Assembly (NCBI RefSeq): GCF_000009705.1
Contig: NC_003272.1
Location: forward strand, 210,001 to 242,000
Length of the DNA stretch: 32,000 nucleotides
Origin: Nostoc sp. PCC 7120 = FACHB-418
GTDB lineage: Bacteria > Cyanobacteriota > Cyanobacteriia > Cyanobacteriales > Nostocaceae
Direction: 5' to 3'
The position numbers were made by a program, and so were the translations under genes. The notes below the pieces were generated by a model. That model did not search any database and was not told the origin of the DNA. It saw nothing but the letters and a program-made list of their open reading frames with translations. Below, one piece after another: positions 8,697-17,672 of this stretch; the stretch's first letter is position 1, and every line of letters begins with the position of its first letter.

Positions 8697-9911
8697 ATGA
8701 AAGTAAACCTTGCAAATCTACCAATCTCTACATCTGCTTTTGTTGGCAACATCGTCACTGAGGAATTACCGGCTACAGATGCTTTGATGCAGTTTTTATC
8801 CCAAGAAATGCAGGCTCAAGTCAAAGCATCCTCAAAGTGTGTACAAGCCGTAGTTCAACGTATGGCCAAGGAAGTAAACCGGATATGCGATAAAAGCTCT
8901 CGCATTCAAACATCTGGTGAAGTTCACTCTTGGCAATTAACTCTGGCTCGTCATCGTTTGCAAAAATGCCTACATTACTATCAATTAGGTTCTCAACGAG
9001 GACGGGTAGAATTACATAGTAGTCTAGGCGCTATGGTTTACCGTCATGTGACGATCGCCGGTTCAGATTTAGGGTTTGATGGACGTTACAGTTTAATTGA
9101 AGATTTTCTCCAAGCATTTTACATTGAAGCGATCAAAGCTTTTCGTCGGGAAAATGAACTGGCTGAAGATTACACGCCACGCACTCAACTGCAACTAGCA
9201 GAATATATGGCGTTTACCGAACAGTATGCCAAGCGCCGAATTAATTTACCCGGTGGCAATAATCAACAATTAGTTATTTTACGCGCCCAAGGTTTTGCTC
9301 GTCGTCAGCCCCAAGAGACAACAGTAGATATTGAAATGGCGGTGGAATCTGCTAGAAGTGAGGAAGCTGAATCTTACCAGCGTAACTCGGCGGTGCAACA
9401 AATCCGCTCCCAGATGATTGCCCAAACTAATTTTGACCCTTCAGAAGAATCAGAACGCGATCGCATCATTGCTGAATTAATTAAATACCTAGAATCCCAA
9501 GGTCAATCCGACTGCATCGATTACCTCACACTCAAGCTGCAAGACCTCTCAGCACCAGAAATTGACCAAATTCTCGGACTGACCAGCCGTCAACGCGATT
9601 ATCTACAACAGCGTTTTAAATATCATGTGCAGAAGTTTGCTAAACAACACCAATGGCAATTAGTCCACCAATGGTTAGGCGCAGGTTTAGAACAGAAATT
9701 GGGTTTATCTGCCCAGCAATGGAACACTTTAATGGGTACACTCTCGTTACCACAACAACAACTTCTGCAATTAAAGTTGGCTAGACATAGTGATCAGGCG
9801 ATCGCTAAAACCCTCAAATGTACCCCCAAGCAATTACAAAAACGCTGGACTGAATTGCTAGATACCGCGTGGGCTATCCGCAACGGTAATACTGAAGTCC
9901 AAGCAGGCTAA
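8697..9911 (+). CDS. HetZ-family (HetZ-related) protein, putative DNA-binding regulator
   Basis: 404 aa. Several blocks match my recollection of Anabaena HetZ: LARHRLQKCLHYYQLGSQRGRVELHS, IEDFLQAFYIEA..AFRREN, AEYMAFTEQYAKRRI, LVILRAQ and QDLSAPEIDQILGLTSRQRDYLQQRFKYH. There are two C-terminal HTH-like segments. No patU-like gene follows, so this is a paralogue rather than hetZ itself. Confidence 0.7.
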   Translation: MKVNLANLPISTSAFVGNIVTEELPATDALMQFLSQEMQAQVKASSKCVQAVVQRMAKEVNRICDKSSRIQTSGEVHSWQLTLARHRLQKCLHYYQLGSQRGRVELHSSLGAMVYRHVTIAGSDLGFDGRYSLIEDFLQAFYIEAIKAFRRENELAEDYTPRTQLQLAEYMAFTEQYAKRRINLPGGNNQQLVILRAQGFARRQPQETTVDIEMAVESARSEEAESYQRNSAVQQIRSQMIAQTNFDPSEESERDRIIAELIKYLESQGQSDCIDYLTLKLQDLSAPEIDQILGLTSRQRDYLQQRFKYHVQKFAKQHQWQLVHQWLGAGLEQKLGLSAQQWNTLMGTLSLPQQQLLQLKLARHSDQAIAKTLKCTPKQLQKRWTELLDTAWAIRNGNTEVQAG

Positions 9912-10179
9912 ATCATTAGATTTTATCGGTTGGTTAGACAAGTTATTACCAAGATTTTCTGCAAATCCTACTGCATAACTAACATTACAATTCTTCTCTC
10001 TTTAGCTCTTAGTCTTAATTTTTGATCACATCATCCTATGATTTATTTAGTACAATTGCACTAAAAATTAACTTCATCAAATATCAATTGAAAATTCATA
10101 TTAAGTAATCGATCATTTGCGACTGGTTCCATGAAATCCTGAAATGAGCATGGTTGATGCAAAATGATGGGTGATAAAC

Positions 10180-10659
10180 ATGACTCCGGGTGCAAAAGCG
10201 AATCAGTCAGGCAGGATTTTAGAAACTAATGTAGAAGCAATACTAACTGCCTATGAGTACTTTCAAATCGGCACTCATGTCACAAAAGAATATTTACTCA
10301 ACGCTAGTTTATTAAAAAAACGCTACGCTAAACAAGTTTATATTGGTAATGGAGTATATCAAACATCACTAAAAGTTGATTTCTATGTTGTGGGCTTGCC
10401 TCTCAATCCATCAGAATTAATTATTGAGTGTAAATGGCAAGAAAGTGGTGGCTCCGTTGATGAAAAATTTCCTTATTTAAATTTGAATATTCAACAATAT
10501 TATCCAGCACCGACAATTGTGGTGATTGGTGGTGAAGGTATGAGGGAAGGGGCGATTAAATGGTTACGGCAACAAGTAAATTTTAACCATAATCTCCTAG
10601 CAGTACATACCCTAGATAGATTTATTGCCTGGGCTAATAAAACTGTTGGCGTTGCATAA
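10180..10659 (+). CDS. PD-(D/E)XK nuclease superfamily (restriction-endonuclease-like) protein
   Basis: KVDFYVVGLPLNPSELIIECKWQ gives a canonical D-x15-E-x-K catalytic signature on predicted beta strands, followed by GGSVDEK. The size is about 160 aa. The start could be the GTG at 10171 or the ATG at 10180. Confidence 0.65.
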   Translation: MTPGAKANQSGRILETNVEAILTAYEYFQIGTHVTKEYLLNASLLKKRYAKQVYIGNGVYQTSLKVDFYVVGLPLNPSELIIECKWQESGGSVDEKFPYLNLNIQQYYPAPTIVVIGGEGMREGAIKWLRQQVNFNHNLLAVHTLDRFIAWANKTVGVA

Positions 10660-10679
10660 TACAAAAATGCACGAAGTCA

Positions 10680-10965
10680 AGTCGCTTCTCTACGAGACGC
10701 TATGCGTTGAGCGTTGGCGCAGCCTCTCCGACAGGAGAAGCTATGCCGCAGGCTTTACGCTCCAATTCAAAATTCAAAATTCAAAATTCAAAATTAAAGA
10801 CAGTTAGTGTCAGATTGTTGGCGTAGCCTTCCCGCAGGGTACTCACCACTAATTTAAAACCTCCCTTACGGGTTCGCCAGGCTCCCCCTTGGGCTGTCTT
10901 TAATGCGCGAATTTTGTTGGCGTAGCTTTGCCGTAGGCTATTTTTAATTTTGAATTGATTCATTC
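10680..10965. repeat. mosaic of small dispersed repeats
   Basis: Three GTTGGCGYAGCC units start at 10713, 10817 and 10916. The heptamer AATTCAA occurs four times at 10764-10791, with a degenerate fifth copy. The terminal 18-mer AATTTTGAATTGATTCAT at 10946-10963 is identical to 6131-6148. Confidence 0.85.
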
Positions 10966-11032
10966 GCCATTGTTAAAATCTTGTTATCCTCAGTAAACAC
11001 CCACGCAGAACGCAATCAAAAAAGCGATCGCT

Positions 11033-13189
11033 ATGCTTCAGTATCCCAATCTCGAACAGGCGCTAAAATATCACTTCGGTTACGATAACTTTCGTCCCGG
11101 ACAACGGCAAATAATTGAAGATGCGCTGCAAAATCGAGATTTAATGGTAGTGATGCCTACGGGTGGAGGAAAGTCGTTGTGCTTTCAGTTACCTGCACTA
11201 ATGAAGCAGGGTTTAACTGTGGTGGTATCACCGTTGATTGCTTTGATGCAAGACCAAGTGGAAGCACTACGTAATAATAATATCTCTGCCACCTTCCTCA
11301 ATAGTAGTTTGAATGCGTATCAGGTGCGATCGCGTGAGGAAGCAATTCTCAATGGTAAGGTAAGATTACTTTACGTCGCCCCAGAACGTCTCCTCAGTGA
11401 AAGATTTCTGCCATTTCTCGATTTGGTCAAAGAAAAAGTGGGGATATCTATCTTTGCAATTGATGAAGCCCATTGTGTGTCTGAGTGGGGGCATGATTTC
11501 CGTCCAGAATATCGCCAGTTAAAATCCCTACGCAAGCGTTACCCCAATGTTCCCGTCCTTGCCCTTACCGCCACAGCCACAGACCGCGTGCGTGCTGATA
11601 TCATCCAACAACTGGGATTAAAGCAACCAAGTATTCACCTTGCCAGTTTTAATCGCCAAAATCTTTATTATGAAGTCCGCCCCAAAAGTAAACAAGCTTA
11701 CGCTGAATTATTAGAATTAATTCGAGATAATGAAGGTTCAACTATTATTTATTGTTTAACTCGAAAAAAGGTTGAGGAACTAACATTTAAACTGCAAAAA
11801 GATAAGATTTCGGCTTTGTCTTATCATGCCGGATTACCTGATGATGAGCGTAGCAAAAACCAAACGCGGTTTATTCGGGATGATGTGCGGGTAATGGTGG
11901 CAACAATCGCCTTTGGCATGGGTATTAATAAGCCAGATGTGCGGTTGGTTGTACATTTTGATATTCCGCGAAATTTAGAGAGTTACTATCAAGAATCAGG
12001 TAGGGCTGGCAGAGATGGGGAAGCATCACGCTGTACAATATTTTTTAGTTTTGGTGATATTAAAACCATTGAATGGAGTATTGAGCAAAAAACAGACCCT
12101 CAAGAACAGTTAATTGCCAAACAACAACTGCGGCAGATGATAGATTACGCTGAGGGGACAGACTGTCGGCGGACAATTCAACTAGGTTATTTTGGTGAAA
12201 GGTTTCCGGGTAATTGTGGTAACTGTGATAATTGCCGTTATCCCAAACCGATGCAAGATTGGACAATTGAAGCGATGAAGTTCCTATCTTGCGTAGCGCG
12301 TTGTAAAGAAAGGTTTGGGATGCTACACATAATTGATGTGTTGCGAGGGGCAAAAAAAGACAAAATTATTCAATATGAACACGATAAACTTTCCACCTAT
12401 GGGATTGGCAAAGATAGAACGGTGGATGAGTGGCGGACTTTAGGAAGATCACTTTTACATCAAGGTTTACTGGAACAAACTAGCGACGGTTACTCAGTTT
12501 TAAAATTAAACGCCCTCAGTTGGGAAGTGATGAAGCGACAACGCCAAGTGTTCCTTTCTGTTCCTGTGGCGCAAAAGCTGAGTTTGATACAGGAGAGTCC
12601 CAAATTTGAAGAAGCAGAAGCATTATTACACAGATTGCGATCGCTACGTAAACAACTTGCTGATGAACAGTCTGTACCGCCTTACGTCGTCTTCCACGAT
12701 TCCACATTAAAATTAATGGTACAGGTGCAACCCCAAAACTTACTCGAATTCTCTAAACTCTCTGGCGTTGGTAGTCACAAATTAGCCCAATATGGTGAGA
12801 AATTCATTGCCGAAATTCGCGCCTACCGTCAAGAAAAAAATCCTCAAGAGAAACCAGTTAATCTTGCACCTACAGCCAGTGTAGTTTCCGATAGCGAAAT
12901 ACAGACATTACAATTACATCAACAAGGCTTGAGTATTGCCGAAATAGCCCGCAAACGCAAACTCAGCCCAGCAACAATTTCCACCCATTTAGGTAAACTG
13001 ATTGAGAAAAATCAGCCAGTCGATTTAAACCAACTCGTTCCTTTAGAACATCAACAGAAAATTTGGCAAGTGCTAGAAGTGCTTGGCGATATAGCTTTAA
13101 CACCCATTAAAGAACAGTTAGGTGAAAGCTATACTTTTGAAGAAATTCGCTTAGTCAGAGAAAAATGGCGGCGACAAAACAAAAAGTAA
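11033..13189 (+). CDS. recQ: ATP-dependent DNA helicase RecQ with a C-terminal HRDC domain and an extra HTH domain
   Basis: FGYDNFRPGQRQII, MPTGGGKSLCFQLPAL, DEAHCVSEWGHDFRPEY, the Zn-finger CRR...CGNCDNC, an HRDC-like segment (PPYVVFHDSTL...GVGSHKL) and a C-terminal LSIAEIARKRKLSPATISTHL HTH. Confidence 0.95.
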   Translation: MLQYPNLEQALKYHFGYDNFRPGQRQIIEDALQNRDLMVVMPTGGGKSLCFQLPALMKQGLTVVVSPLIALMQDQVEALRNNNISATFLNSSLNAYQVRSREEAILNGKVRLLYVAPERLLSERFLPFLDLVKEKVGISIFAIDEAHCVSEWGHDFRPEYRQLKSLRKRYPNVPVLALTATATDRVRADIIQQLGLKQPSIHLASFNRQNLYYEVRPKSKQAYAELLELIRDNEGSTIIYCLTRKKVEELTFKLQKDKISALSYHAGLPDDERSKNQTRFIRDDVRVMVATIAFGMGINKPDVRLVVHFDIPRNLESYYQESGRAGRDGEASRCTIFFSFGDIKTIEWSIEQKTDPQEQLIAKQQLRQMIDYAEGTDCRRTIQLGYFGERFPGNCGNCDNCRYPKPMQDWTIEAMKFLSCVARCKERFGMLHIIDVLRGAKKDKIIQYEHDKLSTYGIGKDRTVDEWRTLGRSLLHQGLLEQTSDGYSVLKLNALSWEVMKRQRQVFLSVPVAQKLSLIQESPKFEEAEALLHRLRSLRKQLADEQSVPPYVVFHDSTLKLMVQVQPQNLLEFSKLSGVGSHKLAQYGEKFIAEIRAYRQEKNPQEKPVNLAPTASVVSDSEIQTLQLHQQGLSIAEIARKRKLSPATISTHLGKLIEKNQPVDLNQLVPLEHQQKIWQVLEVLGDIALTPIKEQLGESYTFEEIRLVREKWRRQNKK

Positions 13190-13222
13190 GCTATTATCCT
13201 CTCCCACTACTCCCCATATTGA

Positions 13223-13405
13223 CTAAGGAGTCACATCTACGTAGCTGGAAATATTGGAATGAGAATCTTCTAACTCTATAGGAGATTGTTTGGGTAAATT
13301 ATTTTGAGGTTTTTTGCTTGCCAAAATTACAGATAAAAGCCTTGGCAGTGCAAGACAGACAATAGCATTTACTAAAGTTAAGAGGATGCCGTCAATCAGA
13401 CTCAT
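13223..13405 (-). CDS. possible small membrane protein (60 aa)
   Basis: An N-terminal hydrophobic helix (GILLTLVNAIVCLALPRLLSVILA) is followed by a polar tail. It is convergent with recQ. I have no homology knowledge and see only a weak RBS. Confidence 0.3.
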   Translation of the reverse strand: MSLIDGILLTLVNAIVCLALPRLLSVILASKKPQNNLPKQSPIELEDSHSNISSYVDVTP

Positions 13406-13604
13406 AATATAGCTGCCTATTCCAAAAGTTTTTTATTATCTTTTATCTAGTGTGAAACATAATTGAGATGATTGATTAGAGGCAACAATTGAAATTTCTT
13501 CTGAAGTCTATAAGGTTAATGTATATATATTTTTATTAAGCAAAGTTTTTCGACATCCATAATCTAAACATCCTTCTTGAGAAGTAGTTATGATTCGGGT
13601 TTTT

Positions 13605-13895
13605 AGTAAGCACTTCAGTAATGAAAAAATCAGGACTAAAGTACTTACTACGAACTTATATAGGAATCCGATTTGATTTCTGTTGGCGTAGCCTGCGCTT
13701 ACGCATAAAATTCTCAGTATCTGTAGGGTGGGCATTGCTCACCAAAACCATGAGCCGGTGGGCAATGCCCAACGCCACTTGCTCCAAGCCGGGAAACCCT
13801 TTCAGCAGTTACTCCACTTGGGGAAACCCCAAGACCGTACTGCTTCACCAACGCAGTGGCTCCCCTACGTGTATTTCAAAAATCAAGTATGAGTC
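13605..13895. repeat. cluster of small dispersed repeats and palindromes downstream of phoD
   Basis: Hairpin AGTAAGCACTT (13605-13615) / AAGTACTTACT (13639-13649). A GTTGGCGTAGCC unit at 13683-13694. Two GGTGGGCA-W-TGC-Y-CA units at 13727-13744 and 13758-13774, the second containing the palindrome TGGGCA-A-TGCCCA. GGGAAACCC-type units follow up to about 13870. Confidence 0.75.
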
Positions 13896-13901
13896 CTATG
13901 T

Positions 13902-15515
13902 TTATGCTTCTGGTGGCAAATCTACACTGTAAACGATGTCTCCTGCTAAGTTACGTAGTGAGACAGTCATCACCTTCGATAAAGCATTAATTTTGACTGC
14001 GCCAAAGAATTGTAAGCCTTCACTGGGAGGTCGATTTGCTCTTGTACCTGGAGGAAGGCTTTGGAATACCAATTGTGGCCCAAAGGTATTTTCTAATTGG
14101 TTGGGGCCGAATGTACCCGCATTGAGAGGCCCGGCGACAAACTCCCAGAAAGGCTTGAAGTCTTGAAACTGGGCTTTGTTCGGGTCGTAATAGTGGGCGG
14201 CTGCATAATGTACATCAGCAGTTAGCCACACAACATTTTTGATATTTCTGTTTTTGATAAATCGGAGTAAGTCTGCCAGTTCTAATTCTCTACCTAATGC
14301 AGGGCCATCTCCATTAGCCCAAGCCTCAAAATCAGTGCTACCATCTCGAACTATCAGCCCCAAAGGCATATCACTAGCAATCACTTTCCATGTAGATTTT
14401 GATGTTAGCAGTTGCCTTTTCAGCCATTGCACTTGTGTAACACCTAACATTTGCGTATCTTTGCTGGCTGTTGGCTGACGGTTGGGAGTGTTGCGACCCC
14501 GGTAGGTGCGCTCATCCAGCATGAAAATGTCTAGTGCTGGGCCATAATTAAAGGAGCGATAAATCCTAGCTTGGTCTGTGTTATTGGTTGCATATTCGAT
14601 AGGCATATATTCCAAAAAGGCTTGTCTTCCCCTTTGGGCCAGCAGATTAACATCCTTGACTGTATAGCGACTATCGTTGAGAATTTCGCCAGGATACCAA
14701 TTATTTGTAACTTCGTGGTCGTCCCATTGTGCCAACATGGGGACTTCAGCGTTAAACCGTCGTACATTTTCATCTAGTAAGTTGTAGATATAGTTACCAC
14801 GAAATTCTTTGAGGGTTTCCGCTACTTTGGATTTTTCTTCTGTAGTAATATTGCGCCATATATTCCCATCACCCAAGGATACTTGTGATTGAATTGGGCC
14901 GTCAGCGTAAATATTATCGCCAGAATGAATGAAAAAATCGGGGTTTAATTGGCGCATGGTTTCATAAATTTTCATCCCACCAAAATCGGGATTAATACCC
15001 CACCCTTGACCAGCAGTATCCCCACCCCAAACAAATAATATGTCTCGTCCGAAGGTAGGGGGAGTGCGGAAAGTCCCATTCACAGGGGCGCTGCGGGTGT
15101 TTTGATTATCTAAATCCTGGAAAAGCACCCGATAAAAAATTTGTTGATTTGGGGGTAGGTTTCTCAGATTAATTCTGGCTGTAAAGTCGCTATTTTCTAA
15201 GGCGTTAGGCCCTAAAATGCGTTGCACATTACTAAAGGTTTCACTAGTGGAATATTCTACGATCATTTTGGCTGGGCGATCGCTCTTACTCCAAATGACC
15301 ACACTATTATTTGTGATATCACCAGTAGCCACGCCGTAAGGTATGGCAGGGCGCATTGTATCAGAGGTGATAATTCCAGGCGCTTGGGCAAAAACTTGTG
15401 ATTTTGCTACTAAATTTGTGGTGATAATACCGCCTGCTGTCATCGCCGAACGGAGAAAAAACTGGCGACGATTTAGCTTTAATTGATGATTTGATTCCAT
15501 ATTAATTAATGGCAA
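13902..15515 (-). CDS. phoD: alkaline phosphatase D family (PhoD), Tat-exported
   Basis: 537 aa. It has an N-terminal twin-arginine signal (NRRQFFLRSAMTAGG). The metallophosphatase motifs GDTAGQGWG, HSGDNIYAD, WDDHEV and LTADVHY are typical of PhoD. Confidence 0.9.
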   Translation of the reverse strand: MPLINMESNHQLKLNRRQFFLRSAMTAGGIITTNLVAKSQVFAQAPGIITSDTMRPAIPYGVATGDITNNSVVIWSKSDRPAKMIVEYSTSETFSNVQRILGPNALENSDFTARINLRNLPPNQQIFYRVLFQDLDNQNTRSAPVNGTFRTPPTFGRDILFVWGGDTAGQGWGINPDFGGMKIYETMRQLNPDFFIHSGDNIYADGPIQSQVSLGDGNIWRNITTEEKSKVAETLKEFRGNYIYNLLDENVRRFNAEVPMLAQWDDHEVTNNWYPGEILNDSRYTVKDVNLLAQRGRQAFLEYMPIEYATNNTDQARIYRSFNYGPALDIFMLDERTYRGRNTPNRQPTASKDTQMLGVTQVQWLKRQLLTSKSTWKVIASDMPLGLIVRDGSTDFEAWANGDGPALGRELELADLLRFIKNRNIKNVVWLTADVHYAAAHYYDPNKAQFQDFKPFWEFVAGPLNAGTFGPNQLENTFGPQLVFQSLPPGTRANRPPSEGLQFFGAVKINALSKVMTVSLRNLAGDIVYSVDLPPEA

Positions 15516-15849
15516 GCTGAAGCAAAGGTTTTATAGCATCAGTGTTTACCACAGCTAGTTATGACTAAAAGTAAAGACAGAGTTATCTCTGGGTTAATAT
15601 ATTTTCCTCACTCCTTTTATATATTAATTAAAGATAATTAGGTGTTGTTTTTCACCTTAAATTAAAGTTTACTTAACCTTAAAATTCAAAAATATCTACA
15701 TATCTATCAATTAGTAAATTGTTTCTTTGATTCATCGTAAAGCATCAGCATCGAAACAATATTCAAGAAAGTAATGCAGTCTAATTTAGCTGATTAATCA
15801 ACTTTGGAATCTGCATTGCTGACATATATTTATCAGGAGGAACCCAGAT

Positions 15850-16401
15850 ATGAAATTATTGCCAAAATTAGCCCTTACGGCTGCTAGCCTGACAATAGGT
15901 ATTGCTACTATAGGCACACAAATTGCATCTGCGGCAATTGTTAATTACGCTTTTACCATTGATAGTCCCGCCAATAAAGGCAAGGGCTTTTTTAGTTTTG
16001 ATGATTCAACTTTCAGTAATGACAGCATTCCTGAAGCTCTAGTACAGTCACTCTCTTTCCAATTTGATGGTGACTCTACCATTTACACCGAAAAAGATGC
16101 GATCGCTTACCCATTCTTTCCCGTAGTACTCTCAACTAAATACTTAACAGGAAAGCCAACTATCGGGTTAAGCTATTCATTTTATGATAAAACTAATCCG
16201 GCTGAACCAATAGTTTACGAAATCGTTGATAATAACTTTACAATCCTTTCCGGCACTTCCAGCAACACAGAAATTGGCTTTGGCACTGTAACTTATTCAC
16301 AAATACCTGAGCCTGCAACTTTAGGTGGGACTCTGTTGACTTTTGGGTTTGTTGTTTTAGGGAAAAGAAAGTCAAAACTCATGAAAAAATCTCACCTGTA
16401 A
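15850..16401 (+). CDS. PEP-CTERM sorting-domain secreted protein
   Basis: Strong SD (AGGAGGAACCCAGAT-ATG). It has an N-terminal signal peptide and a C-terminal IPEPATLGG-hydrophobic helix-GKRKSK, the PEP-CTERM architecture. Confidence 0.85.
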   Translation: MKLLPKLALTAASLTIGIATIGTQIASAAIVNYAFTIDSPANKGKGFFSFDDSTFSNDSIPEALVQSLSFQFDGDSTIYTEKDAIAYPFFPVVLSTKYLTGKPTIGLSYSFYDKTNPAEPIVYEIVDNNFTILSGTSSNTEIGFGTVTYSQIPEPATLGGTLLTFGFVVLGKRKSKLMKKSHL

Positions 16402-16410
16402 CTAATATAT

Positions 16411-16478
16411 ATTTGGTAATGGATACTAATCAATATTTGATTATTTTTCCTATTACCAAATATCATTCTTTTTTTGTG
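16411..16478 (+). terminator. hairpin terminator between the convergent PEP-CTERM and AI-2E genes
   Basis: ATTTGGTAATGG ... CCTATTACCAAAT forms a 12-bp stem with one bulge. An inner AATCAA-TAT-TTGATT stem sits in the loop. The hairpin is followed by a run of eight T (CTTTTTTTTG) on the + strand. Confidence 0.6.
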
Positions 16479-17584
16479 AATAATTCTATTGAAGAAACGT
16501 TAACATCAATTTCTACTTTTCTAGGTTCTACATCCAGGGCATTTATCGCGTTTAATTCTCCCGAACGCCAACTGTCAGCGATATCCTTAATGAAACTAGC
16601 TGTAGGAATGGCAATTAATAAACCTAAGACACCGCCTAATTTAGCACCTAGCAGCAAAGAAATAACTACCCAAACAGGATTTAAACCAGTTAAATTACCC
16701 AGAATTCTTGGTGCAATAAAATTAGAATTTACTTGGTCAATGGCAACAGCTACACCTAAAACTTCCACTCCTAACCAAAAGTTTTGTAGCGCCACCAATA
16801 GACTAACTATAGAGATACCGATACCTGTACCAAAGGGGAAAAGAGAAAATAAACCAATTGCCAAACCAAAAAGTAAAGCCAACGGTACTCGCAGCGTTAC
16901 AAATGCCAACGTAATAGTCAGCCCCAGTATAGCCCCTAAGGTAGCTTGTCCAATAAAGTAATTGTGAAAGTCCTCACGCAATATTTGCCGCACCTTAGAA
17001 CCAATATGGGTAGGAAACCATTGATAAAGACCATCCCAAAGGCGATCGCCATTTAATACCATATAGATAGTCAATACCACCGTCAGCAGCACATTGACCA
17101 CAACACCAATCGTATCAAAAGCAAAACTCAGGATTTTCCCCGTCACAGACTGTAATTGGCTGGACACCTTCTCTAAAAGCTGCGTCACTAAACCACTTAA
17201 ATTTACAGGTAACTGTTGGGTAGCTGCCCATTTTTGGAATGCGTCAATCTGTTGACCCCCAGAATCAATCCAATAGGGCAGAATATTCACCAGTTCATTG
17301 ATCTGTTCTATGATGAGGGGGACTAAAGTCACGCCTAAACCGACTAAAATCACTACAGCTAACAGCAATACACTGCCAATAGCCAAGTTGCGTTTTACAC
17401 CCCGTTCTTGGAAAAATTGGATTGGGTAGTTCAAAACAAAAGCCAGCAAAACAGCAGCTGCAAAAACATTCACCAAAGGTTGAAAATACTGCACAACCTG
17501 AAGCAACAGCCAACCGTTGAGAATGGCGACAGGAAACGCCAAACCAATAGTTAACCATCGGGGAAATTTATTTACTGACTGCAT
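16463..17584 (-). CDS. AI-2E family transporter (PerM/UPF0118 permease)
   Basis: 373 aa with about 8 TM segments. The overall pattern is characteristic of UPF0118/AI-2E, including a C-terminal FIAPRILG and IPTA motif. Confidence 0.85.
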   Translation of the reverse strand: MQSVNKFPRWLTIGLAFPVAILNGWLLLQVVQYFQPLVNVFAAAVLLAFVLNYPIQFFQERGVKRNLAIGSVLLLAVVILVGLGVTLVPLIIEQINELVNILPYWIDSGGQQIDAFQKWAATQQLPVNLSGLVTQLLEKVSSQLQSVTGKILSFAFDTIGVVVNVLLTVVLTIYMVLNGDRLWDGLYQWFPTHIGSKVRQILREDFHNYFIGQATLGAILGLTITLAFVTLRVPLALLFGLAIGLFSLFPFGTGIGISIVSLLVALQNFWLGVEVLGVAVAIDQVNSNFIAPRILGNLTGLNPVWVVISLLLGAKLGGVLGLLIAIPTASFIKDIADSWRSGELNAINALDVEPRKVEIDVNVSSIELFTKKE

Positions 17585-17603
17585 GAGCGAAGACTCCAGG
17601 GAA

Positions 17604-17672
17604 CGGGGGACTGGGGATTGGGGATTGGGAAAGAACTAATAACAACTGACAACTGACAATTAACTAATAACT
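17604..17672. repeat. STRR heptamer tracts (GGGGACT GGGGATT GGGGATT, then CAACTGA CAACTGA ...)
   Basis: Read directly from the sequence in the spacer between the NUDIX and AI-2E genes. The ACTGGGG/CCCCAGT and ACTGACA heptamers are classic Anabaena/Nostoc STRR units. Confidence 0.8.

Noticed and set aside
10625-10963. Two overlapping 60-aa ORFs (10625-10807 plus strand and 10781-10963 minus strand)
   Set aside because: Both are translations of the dispersed-repeat mosaic, for example FKIQNSKFKIK from AATTCAA heptamers. They are repeat artefacts.
13508-13932. 75-aa and 103-aa ORFs in the phoD downstream spacer
   Set aside because: They are composed of the GTTGGCGTAGCC, GGTGGGCA and GGGAAACCC repeat units. 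One overlaps the phoD 3' end. They show no coding signature.
15650-15690. Possible Pho box (CTTAACCT at 15672-15679, CTTAAATT nearby) in the phoD / PEP-CTERM divergent promoter region
   Set aside because: Only one 8-mer fits the PyTTAAPyPy(T/A) consensus. The neighbouring TTAA-containing words are not at the expected 11-bp spacing. This is insufficient to call.
16413-16961. 182-aa + strand ORF, together with many similar 60-110-aa ORFs in the track: 1464-1649, 2509-2766, 3760-4014, 4156-4404, 5581-5793, 6193-6426, 6613-6810, 7112-7297, 12060-12353, 12516-12707, 13936-14166, 14239-14478, 14531-14777, 17295-17558, 18066-18305, 19079-19342, 19942-20127, 20911-21153, 21654-21992, 22419-22718, 22883-23101, 23196-23423, 23720-24241, 24232-24414, 26578-27114, 27668-27886, 28653-29091, 29667-30017 and 31425-31646
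   Set aside because: Each lies antisense to, or in another frame of, a gene with clear family motifs. Their translations are low-complexity with no motifs. They are shadow ORFs.
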